This document shows positions 46,496 through 56,337 of a stretch of DNA of 64,000 nt, one piece after another. A program made the translations under genes and the position numbers. The notes below the pieces were generated by a model. That model did not search any database. It was not told the DNA's origin and saw nothing but the letters and a program-made list of their open reading frames with translations. This DNA is from Acidobacteriota bacterium (GTDB taxonomy: Bacteria > Acidobacteriota > UBA6911 > RPQK01 > JAJDTT01). How positions within the stretch are numbered: position 1 is the stretch's first letter; each line of letters begins with the position of its first letter. The DNA lies in contig OZ253580.1 of assembly GCA_965263035.1 (NCBI GenBank), positions 5,120,001 through 5,184,000 of the forward strand, in the 5' to 3' direction.

Positions 46496-48118
46496 ATGAG
46501 GCCATTCACGAATCGACTGGTTCTGGCAGCGGCGGTGCTTTTGTTTGGCATTGGCGGGTACGCGGGTGCGGCCGGCGCGGAGAGTGCCCTAAAGCCCTCT
46601 CCGGACGCCGCCCTCTACGCCTACGGCTACCATCAGCGCCCCTACCCGCTGGAACCGGGCCCTCATCTCTTCGTGGATTGGCGCTACGTGAATCCAGGGC
46701 ACGTGAGCTATACCTACCGGGGAAAGCGGATCCAGCGGGATCGGCCCGAGGAATACGGCCCGGAGATCAACTCCCAGGTCGAGGTCCATCCCCGGGACGT
46801 CCCCACCGGGATCCGGATCGAGGTGCAGCCGGCGGGCAAGCTGGGACCGGTGATCCGGAACGACCAGCCCTGGGAATTCTTCACCCCCTACGTCACCCTG
46901 ATTCACCACGAAGGGAAGTACCTTCTCTTCTACAACACCACGACCTACCGGCTCGGGCGGAGCTCGGAAGGCTACATGGTCTGCTACGCCGAGTCCGAAG
47001 ACGGCTTGAACTACCGCAAACCGCCGCTGGGACAGGTGGAGTTCCAGGGCAGCCGCGAGAACAACCTCGTGCTGGGCCCGGGGGTCTGCAGATACGGGAT
47101 TCACGGTCCGGCCATCTTCGTGGACCCAACCGCCGAGCCGGCCGAGCGCTTCAAGGCCATCTACCAGGCCGCCGTCGACCAGGCGACGGTCGAGCAGCTG
47201 CAGGCCGTCCGTCCCGAGTCGGTGACTCCGGCATCGCATGACGGAACGGCTCTCATGGGGGCGGTCTCTCCCGACGGCATCCGGTGGCGGGAGCTGGAGG
47301 AGCCGCTCATGGGGCACGTCAGCGATACGGGCACCACGGCCTATTGGGACCAGCGCCTGGGCCGCTACGTGGGGTACTTCCGGATGGGGGTCTGGGGACG
47401 GCGCATGATCGGCCGGGCAGAAACCACAGACTTCCGGCGCTGGCCCCGCCCCGAGATGGTTCTGGCCCCCGACTCTGCCGAGGCGCCCTGGGTCGACTAC
47501 TACACCAACGGGAAGGAACTCTACCCGGGCACCAGCACCATGCATCTCATGTTTCCCATGATCTATCACCGGAATCTGGACACCAGCACGGTCCGTGTGG
47601 CCGCCAGTCTGGCGGGACGGATCTGGAATTTCCTGCCGGGGGGACCGGTGCTGGAGCCCGGCCCGGAGGGATCGTTCGACGCCGGTTGCCTCTTTCCCGG
47701 CGCCGGATTGGCCGAGATCTCGGGAGACCGGGTGATCCTGCCCTACAGCGGTTTCGCCGTTCCCCACAAGTTTCCGCGCCTGGGTCCCTTGGGAGAGGTC
47801 GCCTTCGCCGTCTGGCCCAAGCAGCGGCTGAGCGCCCTGGTGGCGGACGAGGAGGGGACCTTCGTCACCAATCCCCTCTCCAGCCAGGGCACGACCCTCT
47901 GGCTGAACTTCGACGCGGGCCGGAACGGATCGGTCCGCGTGGAGGTGGTGGGAGTGGAGGAACGGAGCCTGGCCGAGTGCGATACCCTGTTTGGTGACCG
48001 GCTGTCGAAGCAGGTGACCTGGAAGGGTCGGCCGGATCTGGGGATCGATCCGGGTGAGTCTTTTCGCCTGAGGTTCCGGTTGCGCGGCGCCAAGCTCTTC
48101 GCCTTCGAGATGCGTTGA
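46496..48118 (+). CDS. Secreted beta-propeller glycoside hydrolase-like protein
   Basis: HLFVD, DQPWE, CYAESEDG..Y.KP, SPDGIRW; C-terminal FRLRF....KLFAF. Confidence 0.7.
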   Translation: MRPFTNRLVLAAAVLLFGIGGYAGAAGAESALKPSPDAALYAYGYHQRPYPLEPGPHLFVDWRYVNPGHVSYTYRGKRIQRDRPEEYGPEINSQVEVHPRDVPTGIRIEVQPAGKLGPVIRNDQPWEFFTPYVTLIHHEGKYLLFYNTTTYRLGRSSEGYMVCYAESEDGLNYRKPPLGQVEFQGSRENNLVLGPGVCRYGIHGPAIFVDPTAEPAERFKAIYQAAVDQATVEQLQAVRPESVTPASHDGTALMGAVSPDGIRWRELEEPLMGHVSDTGTTAYWDQRLGRYVGYFRMGVWGRRMIGRAETTDFRRWPRPEMVLAPDSAEAPWVDYYTNGKELYPGTSTMHLMFPMIYHRNLDTSTVRVAASLAGRIWNFLPGGPVLEPGPEGSFDAGCLFPGAGLAEISGDRVILPYSGFAVPHKFPRLGPLGEVAFAVWPKQRLSALVADEEGTFVTNPLSSQGTTLWLNFDAGRNGSVRVEVVGVEERSLAECDTLFGDRLSKQVTWKGRPDLGIDPGESFRLRFRLRGAKLFAFEMR

Positions 48119-48156
48119 GCCCGGCGGTTGTTCGTAAGTTCTGGAGGTTGAATTCC

Positions 48157-50919
48157 ATGAAGAAGCTTGCCGTGTTGATCTCTCTGGTTCTGGTCTGGTC
48201 CGGCGTCGCTTTCCCCGCGAAGAGCGCCGACAGTTCCATGGCGTCCCAGATCGAAATTCCATTCGAGAAGTTCGTCCTGCCCAACGGTCTCACGCTGATC
48301 GTCCACGAGGACCACAAGGCGCCCATCGTGGGCGTCAACGTCTGGTACCACGTGGGGTCCAAAAACGAGAAACCGGGGCGTACGGGGTTTGCCCACCTTT
48401 TCGAGCACCTGATGTTCAACGGGACGGAACACTGGCCCGGCGAGTTCTTCGAACCCCTGGAGGAGGTCGGCGCCACCGGCATGAACGGCACCACCAACGC
48501 TGATCGCACCAACTACTTCGAGAACGTCCCCACGAACGCGCTGGATCTGGCCCTGTGGCTGGAGTCGGACCGCATGGGCCACATGCAGGGGGCCATTACC
48601 AAGGAGAAGCTGGACGAGCAGCGCGGCGTGGTCCAGAACGAGAAGCGCCAGGGGGAGAATCAACCGTACGGCCGGACCTGGACTCTTCTGACCGAGAACA
48701 CCTATCCGGCCGGCCATCCCTACTCCTGGTCCACCATCGGCTCCATGGAGGATCTGGATGCTGCCGAGTTGGACGACGTCAAGGAGTGGTTCAAGACCTA
48801 TTACGGCGCCGCCAACGCGGTGCTGTCCATCGCCGGCGACGTCGACGCCCAAGAGGTGAAGAAGAGGGTCGAGCATTTCTTCGGGGACATCCCTTCCGGG
48901 CCGCCGGTGGACAAACAGGAAGCCTGGATCGCCAAGATGACGGGGACTCACCGGCAGCAGATGCAGGACCGTGTCCCCCAGGCCCGGATCTACCGGGTCT
49001 GGAACGTTCCCCAGTGGGGTACCCGGGAAGCGGCGCTTTTGGGCCTGGCGGGCCGGATCCTGGGGCGGGGCAAGACCTCGCGGCTCTACAAGCGGCTGGT
49101 CTACAAGGACCAGATCGCCACGGACGCGTCGGCTTACGTCTCCTCACGCGAACTCGGCGGCCAATTCCAGATGATCTCCACGGCTCACCCGTCCAAGACG
49201 CTGGGTGAGGTGGAGCGGGCCCTGGCCGAAGAGGTGGAGAAATTTATCCAGGAGGGTCCGACCCAGTCGGAGCTCGATCTGGCCAGAACCCAGATATTCG
49301 CCGGTTTCGTGCGGGGCTTGGAGCGGGTCGGCGGGTTTGGAGGCAAGTCCGACATCCTGGCGTCCAACGAGGTCTACGGCGGTTCTCCCGATACCTACAA
49401 GAGATATTTCCGGTATCTGGAGGAGGCGAGCCCGGAGGATCTCCGCGACGCGGCTCGCGACTGGTTGTCCGACGGGGATTTCATCCTGGAGGTCCACCCG
49501 TTTCCCAAGTACTCGACGGCCGATTCGGGAGCGGATCGGGACCGGTTGCCGGACGTGGGCGAGTCGCCGCCCGCCGAGTTTCCCCGCCTTCAGAAGGCGA
49601 AGCTGTCCAGCGGTCTGAAGGTGATCCTGGCCGAGCGCCACGCGGTGCCCATCATCAACTTCCGGTTGCTCATGGATGCCGGATATGCCGCCGATCTGGG
49701 CGGACTGGCGGGGACGGCCAACCTGACGGCGGACATGATGGACGAGGGGACCTCGACCCGCAGCGCGCTTGAGATCAGCGAGGAAGCGGCCCGTCTCGGG
49801 GCCGGCATCGGCAGTAGAGCTTCTCTGGACGACTCGACTGTCTCTCTTTCGGCGCTCAAGTCGAACCTCGTCGAGTCGCTGGATCTCTACGCCGACGTGG
49901 TCTTGAATCCCTCTTTCCCGGAGAAGGAGCTGGAGCGGCTCCGGCGCCAGCTTCTGGCCCAGATCCAGAGGGAGAAGGTCAGCCCGGTCAGCATGGCGCT
50001 GCGGGTGATGCCCAAGCTCATCTACGGGGCCGGCCATGCCTACGGGAATCCGCTGACCGGGTCCGGAACCGAAGAGACGGCCAAAGCCATCTCCCGGGAC
50101 CAGCTCAAGGATTTCCACGCCACCTGGTATCGGCCCAACAACGCCACGCTGATCGTAGTGGGGGACACGACCTTGGCTGAGATCGAACCTCAGTTGGAGC
50201 GGGTCTTCAAGCCCTGGCAGAGCGGACCGGTCCCAGAGAAACAGGTCGGGCGAGTAGACCACCACTCCCGTTCCCAGGTCTACCTCATGGATCGGCCAGG
50301 GTCTCAACAATCGCTGATCTTTGCCGGGCACGTCGCGCCGCCCACCAACAATCCGGACGAGATCGCCCTGATCACCATGAACCGGATCATCGGCGGCAGC
50401 TTCACCTCCCGGATCAACATGAACCTGCGGGAAGAAAAACACTGGTCCTACGGGGCCCGGACCCTCCTGCTGGGAGCCAAGGGGCAGAGGCCCTTCATCG
50501 TCTATGCTCCCGTTCAGACGGACAAGACCAAGGAATCGGCCGCCGAGATTGACCGCGAGCTGAGGGAGTACCGGGGGGATCGGCCGGCGACGGCGGAGGA
50601 GTTGGACCGGGCCCAGAAGGCCCAGACGCTCAGCCTGCCTGGACGGTGGGAGACCTCGGGTGCAGTGGGAGGAACCATCGCCGAGATCGTCCGCTTCGGG
50701 CTGCCCGACGACTACTACCGGACCTTTCCCGGTAAGGTGCGAGCGCTGGACATCCCGGCCATCCAGGCGTCCGCCAACGACGTGATTCGCCCCGACCAGT
50801 TGGTGTGGGTCATCGTCGGCGATCTCTCGAAGATCGAGGAGGGGGTCCGCGAGCTCAATCTTGGGGAGCTGAAACGGCTCGATCAGGACGGAAACGTGAT
50901 CAACCCTGCCGCGCAGTAA
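48157..50919 (+). CDS. M16 family zinc protease (pitrilysin/PqqL-like, duplicated domains)
   Basis: GFAHLFEHLMF (HxxEH), NGTT..DRTNY, LREEK.WSYG. Confidence 0.9.
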   Translation: MKKLAVLISLVLVWSGVAFPAKSADSSMASQIEIPFEKFVLPNGLTLIVHEDHKAPIVGVNVWYHVGSKNEKPGRTGFAHLFEHLMFNGTEHWPGEFFEPLEEVGATGMNGTTNADRTNYFENVPTNALDLALWLESDRMGHMQGAITKEKLDEQRGVVQNEKRQGENQPYGRTWTLLTENTYPAGHPYSWSTIGSMEDLDAAELDDVKEWFKTYYGAANAVLSIAGDVDAQEVKKRVEHFFGDIPSGPPVDKQEAWIAKMTGTHRQQMQDRVPQARIYRVWNVPQWGTREAALLGLAGRILGRGKTSRLYKRLVYKDQIATDASAYVSSRELGGQFQMISTAHPSKTLGEVERALAEEVEKFIQEGPTQSELDLARTQIFAGFVRGLERVGGFGGKSDILASNEVYGGSPDTYKRYFRYLEEASPEDLRDAARDWLSDGDFILEVHPFPKYSTADSGADRDRLPDVGESPPAEFPRLQKAKLSSGLKVILAERHAVPIINFRLLMDAGYAADLGGLAGTANLTADMMDEGTSTRSALEISEEAARLGAGIGSRASLDDSTVSLSALKSNLVESLDLYADVVLNPSFPEKELERLRRQLLAQIQREKVSPVSMALRVMPKLIYGAGHAYGNPLTGSGTEETAKAISRDQLKDFHATWYRPNNATLIVVGDTTLAEIEPQLERVFKPWQSGPVPEKQVGRVDHHSRSQVYLMDRPGSQQSLIFAGHVAPPTNNPDEIALITMNRIIGGSFTSRINMNLREEKHWSYGARTLLLGAKGQRPFIVYAPVQTDKTKESAAEIDRELREYRGDRPATAEELDRAQKAQTLSLPGRWETSGAVGGTIAEIVRFGLPDDYYRTFPGKVRALDIPAIQASANDVIRPDQLVWVIVGDLSKIEEGVRELNLGELKRLDQDGNVINPAAQ

Positions 50920-50958
50920 GACTGGCGGGCAGGATCAGGGCCGGTTCCGGGAGGATAC

Positions 50959-51660
50959 ATGAAGATCGGAATTTTGCCGGCGATACTCCTCATTTGCACC
51001 GGATGCGGGGAGCTCGATGAGATGCAGAGGACCAGTGCGCGGATCAATACGTTCGACGCCGGCCGGGAGAGTTGGCAGATCTACGACTACACCGGCGGAA
51101 GCGGAAACCAGAACGTCTTCTACCTGACCAGTTGGGAGAAGACGGGCGGAGTGGGAGATTCCGGGTACGTCTGGGCCGACGACTCCCGGTGGCGGATCGA
51201 CACTCCTGAGGACCCGCACTCGATCCTTCCTCTGATCCTCTATCACCGGTGGATTGCCGAGGATCTTGAGGAAGGGGCAAGTGCAACTCCCCGGCCCACG
51301 GGATTTCGGGAGGAGGAAGCCCTCGATCTTCGGGGCGCCCGGGTGTCGGTTCACCTTCGCGGAGACGATCTGGATCTGAAGGGCACCCAGTGCTACTTCT
51401 GGGTCCACTCCGGTGGCACCCGTTGGCACTACACTGGCCGCCCGCTAAAGATCCACCACGGGGAATGGGGTCCGCCCGAGCATTTCGTCCTGGTGAACGA
51501 CGAATCCCTGTGGCACCGGAGTTGGGCCCCCTCCAGAGCCTCCCTGGATGCGCTGCTCAAGAAAAGCGCCAGCTACGGCTTCTCCTTCGTAGGGTTCTCG
51601 GAGGAGGTGACCGGGAAGCTCTCCATGGACCAGTTCGAGCTCCATCTGGCGAGTCCGTAG
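50959..51660 (+). CDS. Hypothetical lipoprotein
   Basis: Lipobox-like CTGC; RBS GGAGG. Confidence 0.65.
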   Translation: MKIGILPAILLICTGCGELDEMQRTSARINTFDAGRESWQIYDYTGGSGNQNVFYLTSWEKTGGVGDSGYVWADDSRWRIDTPEDPHSILPLILYHRWIAEDLEEGASATPRPTGFREEEALDLRGARVSVHLRGDDLDLKGTQCYFWVHSGGTRWHYTGRPLKIHHGEWGPPEHFVLVNDESLWHRSWAPSRASLDALLKKSASYGFSFVGFSEEVTGKLSMDQFELHLASP

Positions 51661-51960
51661 CCGAGACCTTCGCTTTCCAAGAGGATTCAGATCCTAACGG
51701 TCCTCGCATGCAATGACGGCCCGAATCATAAATCCTGATGCGAGCGGCCCTGGAATTGAATCGGGCGGTCGAGGTGACCACGAAGGCGGCTATGGGACTT
51801 GTTCGTCGGTAATCAGATCGGTCGGGACCGGGTCGATGCTTCGGCTGGCCAATCCGGGCGTGACCTGGCGCGCGTCACTGTGCCCGGGATGGCCGTTTCA
51901 GAGTCCGTTTGTACCGATGGATTACTGGGGGCAGGAGCCAAGTTCCGGAATCTAAGAATA

Positions 51961-51988
51961 GGACCCGATAATATACTTTATCGTGCCC
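51961..51988. other. dif-like 28-bp site (11-6-11)
   Basis: GGACCCGATAA TATACT TTATCGTGCCC. Confidence 0.35.
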
Positions 51989-52134
51989 TTAGATGGCCCC
52001 TTCCCTGTTGCGGGGACGAAATCCGGAAGAGAGTTCCCAGGCACGCGATGTCCAAGAGTCGTCCTGGCGTGTCGTGATTTCAAATGGAGCGCCCGGCCAG
52101 ATCGAAGGGCCCGGAGAGGGGATGTCTCGCCGAC

Positions 52135-52752
52135 TCAGTCCGCACCAGTCAACCGCAGCCACGTTCCTTCGTGGAAGTAGTGCACCGTAGAACCCTTTTC
52201 AAGAAAGGCATTATCGATGCCTTGATGATCGATCAGCGGTGGCTTCGGTCCTCCGTAGGCTTGGTAGACGGACAGGATGTAATCAGCCCCGGCTGGGCTC
52301 AACCAACGCGAATAGGCGATCTTTCCGCACCCGATACCTTGCAAATACCTCCGGTCCGGGGCCGATGCGAGTTCGGCCCGAACTCGGCCGTTCTCATCGA
52401 TCACAATGATCGCTGATGACCGATTTCGAGAGCAGAGCCCGGCCCACTGCGTTCGTCCGGCTTCCATGAATTCGCCTGAGACGACGTTGTGAGGTCGGTC
52501 GCTGCCCCCGGGCGGAGGGATCGAGCAGCCTTGATCGTTGTTGCCCACTGCGTTGCCCCAGGCCTGAGGAATCGAGCAACCTAGGTCGGAAAGTGCCTTC
52601 CGGATGGCCGCCGGAACCTTCTCGAATGCTGCGGGCGCCAGACGCACGATCTCCTCGTCCGCGACGCTCCAGCGGTCCTGGGTGTGAACCGAGGCACTCG
52701 TCGCGCCGAACAACAGCACGAGCATCAAGCTACGGGACACGTCTGCCGTCAC
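52135..52752 (-). CDS. Hypothetical exported protein
   Basis: Signal-like LMLVLLFGATSA; GCSIPQ, NVVSGEF, W.GLCS, F.EKGS, W.RL.GAD. Confidence 0.6.
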   Translation of the reverse strand: MTADVSRSLMLVLLFGATSASVHTQDRWSVADEEIVRLAPAAFEKVPAAIRKALSDLGCSIPQAWGNAVGNNDQGCSIPPPGGSDRPHNVVSGEFMEAGRTQWAGLCSRNRSSAIIVIDENGRVRAELASAPDRRYLQGIGCGKIAYSRWLSPAGADYILSVYQAYGGPKPPLIDHQGIDNAFLEKGSTVHYFHEGTWLRLTGAD

Positions 52753-52832
52753 ACCTCGATGCTCTTGATCGCCTCGCCGATGCCACCTTCTCTCAGAGGG
52801 GCGCCAAGCCCCTTGCCCCCTACAGACTCCCA

Positions 52833-53207
52833 TTAGTCCCCTTTGCGAGAGTCCAGACCCACCAGGGGCCGGCCCGGGTCGGAATAGGGGCGTCCCAAGC
52901 CATACTCCCGCCTGATCGACTCCTCCTTGCTACGCAGGATTCGGACTCTTCCCAGATATTCTTTCGCAGTCGCGGGATCGGCTGCAGACAGCGCCTTTTG
53001 GGACATGGAGAGGTGATAGGTGTCCACGAGCCATATCACCCCCCAAATCGTGGCCCGCATAGCAAGGCTGAGTCCCTGCGAGTAGATGAGCTCCGTGCCG
53101 AAATGGTGGATCATATAGCTTGCCAACACCATGCCCCCCAAAGACCCGCAGACCATGATCGCGCCAATGACGACCAAGGCCTTGATGCTGGCATGGCTCC
53201 AGTTCAT
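52833..53207 (-). CDS. Hypothetical membrane protein
   Basis: Two hydrophobic segments; start uncertain. Confidence 0.4.
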   Translation of the reverse strand: MNWSHASIKALVVIGAIMVCGSLGGMVLASYMIHHFGTELIYSQGLSLAMRATIWGVIWLVDTYHLSMSQKALSAADPATAKEYLGRVRILRSKEESIRREYGLGRPYSDPGRPLVGLDSRKGD

Positions 53208-54599
53208 TTCGGTTCTCAATGGGGAAATATGAAGAATCCTTAGCGCATGTGAACCGAGAGTGTTAATCAGCCAATCCGGATACGAGGCTCCGAGCGAAGA
53301 AATAATCGGTCGGGTGGGATCCCCGGATCCGGATCTCAAGGACGACCCTGGCCCTCCTTCGACTGTCCGTCCGGTAGGTCCGTTAACTGAAACTTACGGA
53401 CATTCGGCAGAAAAAGGGGGATCTGCCGACGTATTTCCGTTTCTCTCGGGGGCCGTGCATCAGCCCCGAGCCACCTGGAAACAAGCGTCAGGAGAAGATA
53501 CCGTCGTCCCTTTTGGAGGAAGTTTAGGATACAATAAGATCAATTTATTGGACTCTATGCCCCGCCCCTGACCTTCTGGTTTTCGCTCGCCGGGGTGGTC
53601 AGCCGCTGCCCCTCCTTACGTGATCTGGTGAGCCCATTGGGGTGAAAAACGAGGCCAGGATCCACACCATCGAGGTCGGTGGCCCAGCCTACAATTCGGC
53701 CAGAAAGAACTCCCCCTCATCACTGAATATTGTAGGCATTACCGTCAACCCAGAGGAACCGTTCCGGATGTCAGCACCTTCTCCCAAGACCTCGCATCTT
53801 TGCCGACAGCGAGCCAGGATCTCACTGTTCACCGTAACCGTGGGCTTCGGACTGATGGGCGCGGCGGAGCCAGCCGCGGCGCAAATCGTCCCCGTCTGTG
53901 ACCGGACCGCGGAAGTGCGCGAGGAAATCGTGAGGCTCGTGCCGGGAATAGATGACTGCGTCGACGTGACCGAGGCGCATCTGGCTGCGATTGAGGGCGA
54001 GTTTTTTCACACCGGCTGGTATGACGCTCTTCCCTCTTGGGGCGGCGGACCCTATCTCGATCGGTTGCCCCCTCCGCAGGTAGAAGAGTTGAGAGCCGGC
54101 GATTTTTCTGGACTGTCCTCAGTGACAAACCTTTACCTCGACCGCACCCCGCTGACCCGTCTGCCGGAGGGGATCTTCGCCGGTCTCTCGTCGTTGAAGG
54201 TGCTCACCTTGGATCGCACTCAGTTTAGCACTCTGCCGGAGAAGATCTTCTCCGGCCTTTCATCGCTGGAAGAACTCCGCCTGCATCAAACTCAGTTAAG
54301 CACGCTACCGGTTGGGGTATTCGCTGGCCTCTCCTCATTGAGAAAGCTCAATCTGTACCAAAGCCAGTTAAGCCTGCTGCCGGAAGGAGTTTTTGCCGGC
54401 CTCTCCTCGCTGAAACGCCTTACCCTGACTCACAATCGATTGGATACTCTGCCGAAGGGGATCTTCTCCGATCTTGTCTCGCTGAAGGAGCTCGATCTGA
54501 ATAACAATGATCTGGTCAGTCTCCCAGTCAACGTCTTCTCTAATCTCTCTTCACTGGAAGGTCTCAATCTGGATCACAATCTGTTGAGCACCCTGTCAA

Positions 54600-56337
54600 C
54601 CCAGATTATTCATGGGACATGTTGATAAGGGCTTCCAACCCGGCGTTTTCGTGCGGTCGCAGCCCGGTTTCTCTTGAAGCTCTGTCGATTCGACTGAATC
54701 GGCTCGAAAACAGGACGATTGAACCAGTCATAAACCGTTTTCCGGCCAGGGGGACCGTCACCCGCCGACAGGTTGACTTTCCGGTGAGAAATCCCCACCG
54801 TTTCGGTCCCTTCCACGGGCCCGTTTTCTCCTCCGTCCACTATCCCGGCGCCCAGGACACCCGCGCCAGTCTCTGCCACAACCGCTTCCAGTCCGTCGCC
54901 CCTTGACTGATGACGAAAATCAATCGCCTCCCCTGACGCAGCGCCCGACTCGCCACTCGCAACACCCGCTCGCGAAAACGACGCAGACTCCAGCCCCGAC
55001 GCGTCGCCTGCTCCATCAGCACCCGACCCAGGTGCAGGATCTCGTACCCCAGCAGATTCAGCAGGAACCGGACTTCGTTGTGGGGTCGAACGCCGGCCTC
55101 CGTCCTCGCTTCCGGCTTGGCTTCCGACTTCAGCGGTTGGCCCCGATAGTGCGTCTTGGGCCGGCTCGCGGAGGACAAGGCCGGATCGAGCACGTCCATG
55201 AACTCCCCCATGTGGCCTTCCGCCTTCCCCCGCTTTCGATACTGTGCCAGCAACTCCTGAGCCTCGTATCGTTTCCGGCTCAGGCTCGTCAGCAACCAGA
55301 AATGATCCGGATACAACTCCCCCGGTCGCTCCCGCACCACCAGCACCACCCGGAGCGTCAACTTCAGCGCCTTTTTCCCCAGGTAGCTGGCTCCCGGAAA
55401 AATCTCCCCGTCGATCAGGTCCCCCGTCTCGGCACAACTCGCCACCAACCCGTGGTACATCCGCTGGCGATAGTATCCGTTCCATTCGCTTCCCGGGGGA
55501 TGCCCATGGACCTCGACCGGGAGACCGTCCACGTCCAGGTACATCGTCTTTTTCCGTCTCTTCTTCCGTGGGGTCTTTTTCCCCCGTTTTCGCCGCTGGC
55601 CTTCGATCATCTCGATCCGACGGCACGCCAGCTCCGTCACCGCCTGGTGCAGGACCGGAAGGTTCTCCTCCCGGCTGAGCGTGTCCAGCAGTCGGGACAA
55701 GGTCGGCTGCGACGCCAGCCCCTGGCCCTCCTCCAAGGCCGCCGTGCCCCGACGGGTCCGGCTCGCCACCCGCAAGCTCGGATCCTGACGCAGGCGGTCG
55801 GCGTCGGACTGGTCGCGCCAGCCCTGACCCAGCAGCAGGAGTCGAGTCCGCAGCAGATCCGACAGCGGATAGCGGATCGAACTCGGGTGTCGCGGATCGT
55901 GCAACCGCTCGGTCAACCAGTCGATGAGGCCGCTGCGCTCCATCAGCTCCCGTTGCACCAGGGCTCCCGTGTCCGCACTGAGCAACTCGGGGCGGGTCTC
56001 GAGGCGGAGGGATCGGTTGAATGAGGGCCGGATCTGCGGTATCGTCTCAGGCATGGCGTGCTCCGTTCTTTGTGGTTGTTTCTTAGCACTATAATCATAC
56101 CACAAATGACGGGCACGCCGTCTCTTTATGCCGCCCTTGGAGGGGACGAAAACCGTGGAAATGCTTGGGTTTCGGCCCCCCTTGAATCCTGGGGTTAAAC
56201 CGACGTTGAAAACAAATATAGCGTTTCACCCAGGTCGGATCCCATCCGTTTTCTGTGGGTATCCCGTAACCCTCTGATCCGACTCGACATGACGGGCACG
56301 CTTGCTCATTTTATGTTTGCGTGGTGAATAATCTGGG
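54600..56337 (-). mobile_element. IS1380-family insertion sequence
   Basis: Inverted repeats CCCAGATTATTCA; 5-bp duplication GTCAA at 54595-54599 and 56338-56342. Confidence 0.9.
54840..56054 (-). CDS. IS1380-family transposase (possibly internally deleted)
   Basis: LSADTG, LASQPTLSRL, LDVD...VHG, YRKRGKAE..MGE; no R.D.G motif seen. Confidence 0.75.
   Translation of the reverse strand: MPETIPQIRPSFNRSLRLETRPELLSADTGALVQRELMERSGLIDWLTERLHDPRHPSSIRYPLSDLLRTRLLLLGQGWRDQSDADRLRQDPSLRVASRTRRGTAALEEGQGLASQPTLSRLLDTLSREENLPVLHQAVTELACRRIEMIEGQRRKRGKKTPRKKRRKKTMYLDVDGLPVEVHGHPPGSEWNGYYRQRMYHGLVASCAETGDLIDGEIFPGASYLGKKALKLTLRVVLVVRERPGELYPDHFWLLTSLSRKRYEAQELLAQYRKRGKAEGHMGEFMDVLDPALSSASRPKTHYRGQPLKSEAKPEARTEAGVRPHNEVRFLLNLLGYEILHLGRVLMEQATRRGWSLRRFRERVLRVASRALRQGRRLIFVISQGATDWKRLWQRLARVSWAPG

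Noticed and set aside
52500-52585. Short internal duplication GCSIP...GCSIP in a hypothetical protein
   Set aside because: Real but only a small local duplication with no sign of a wider system.
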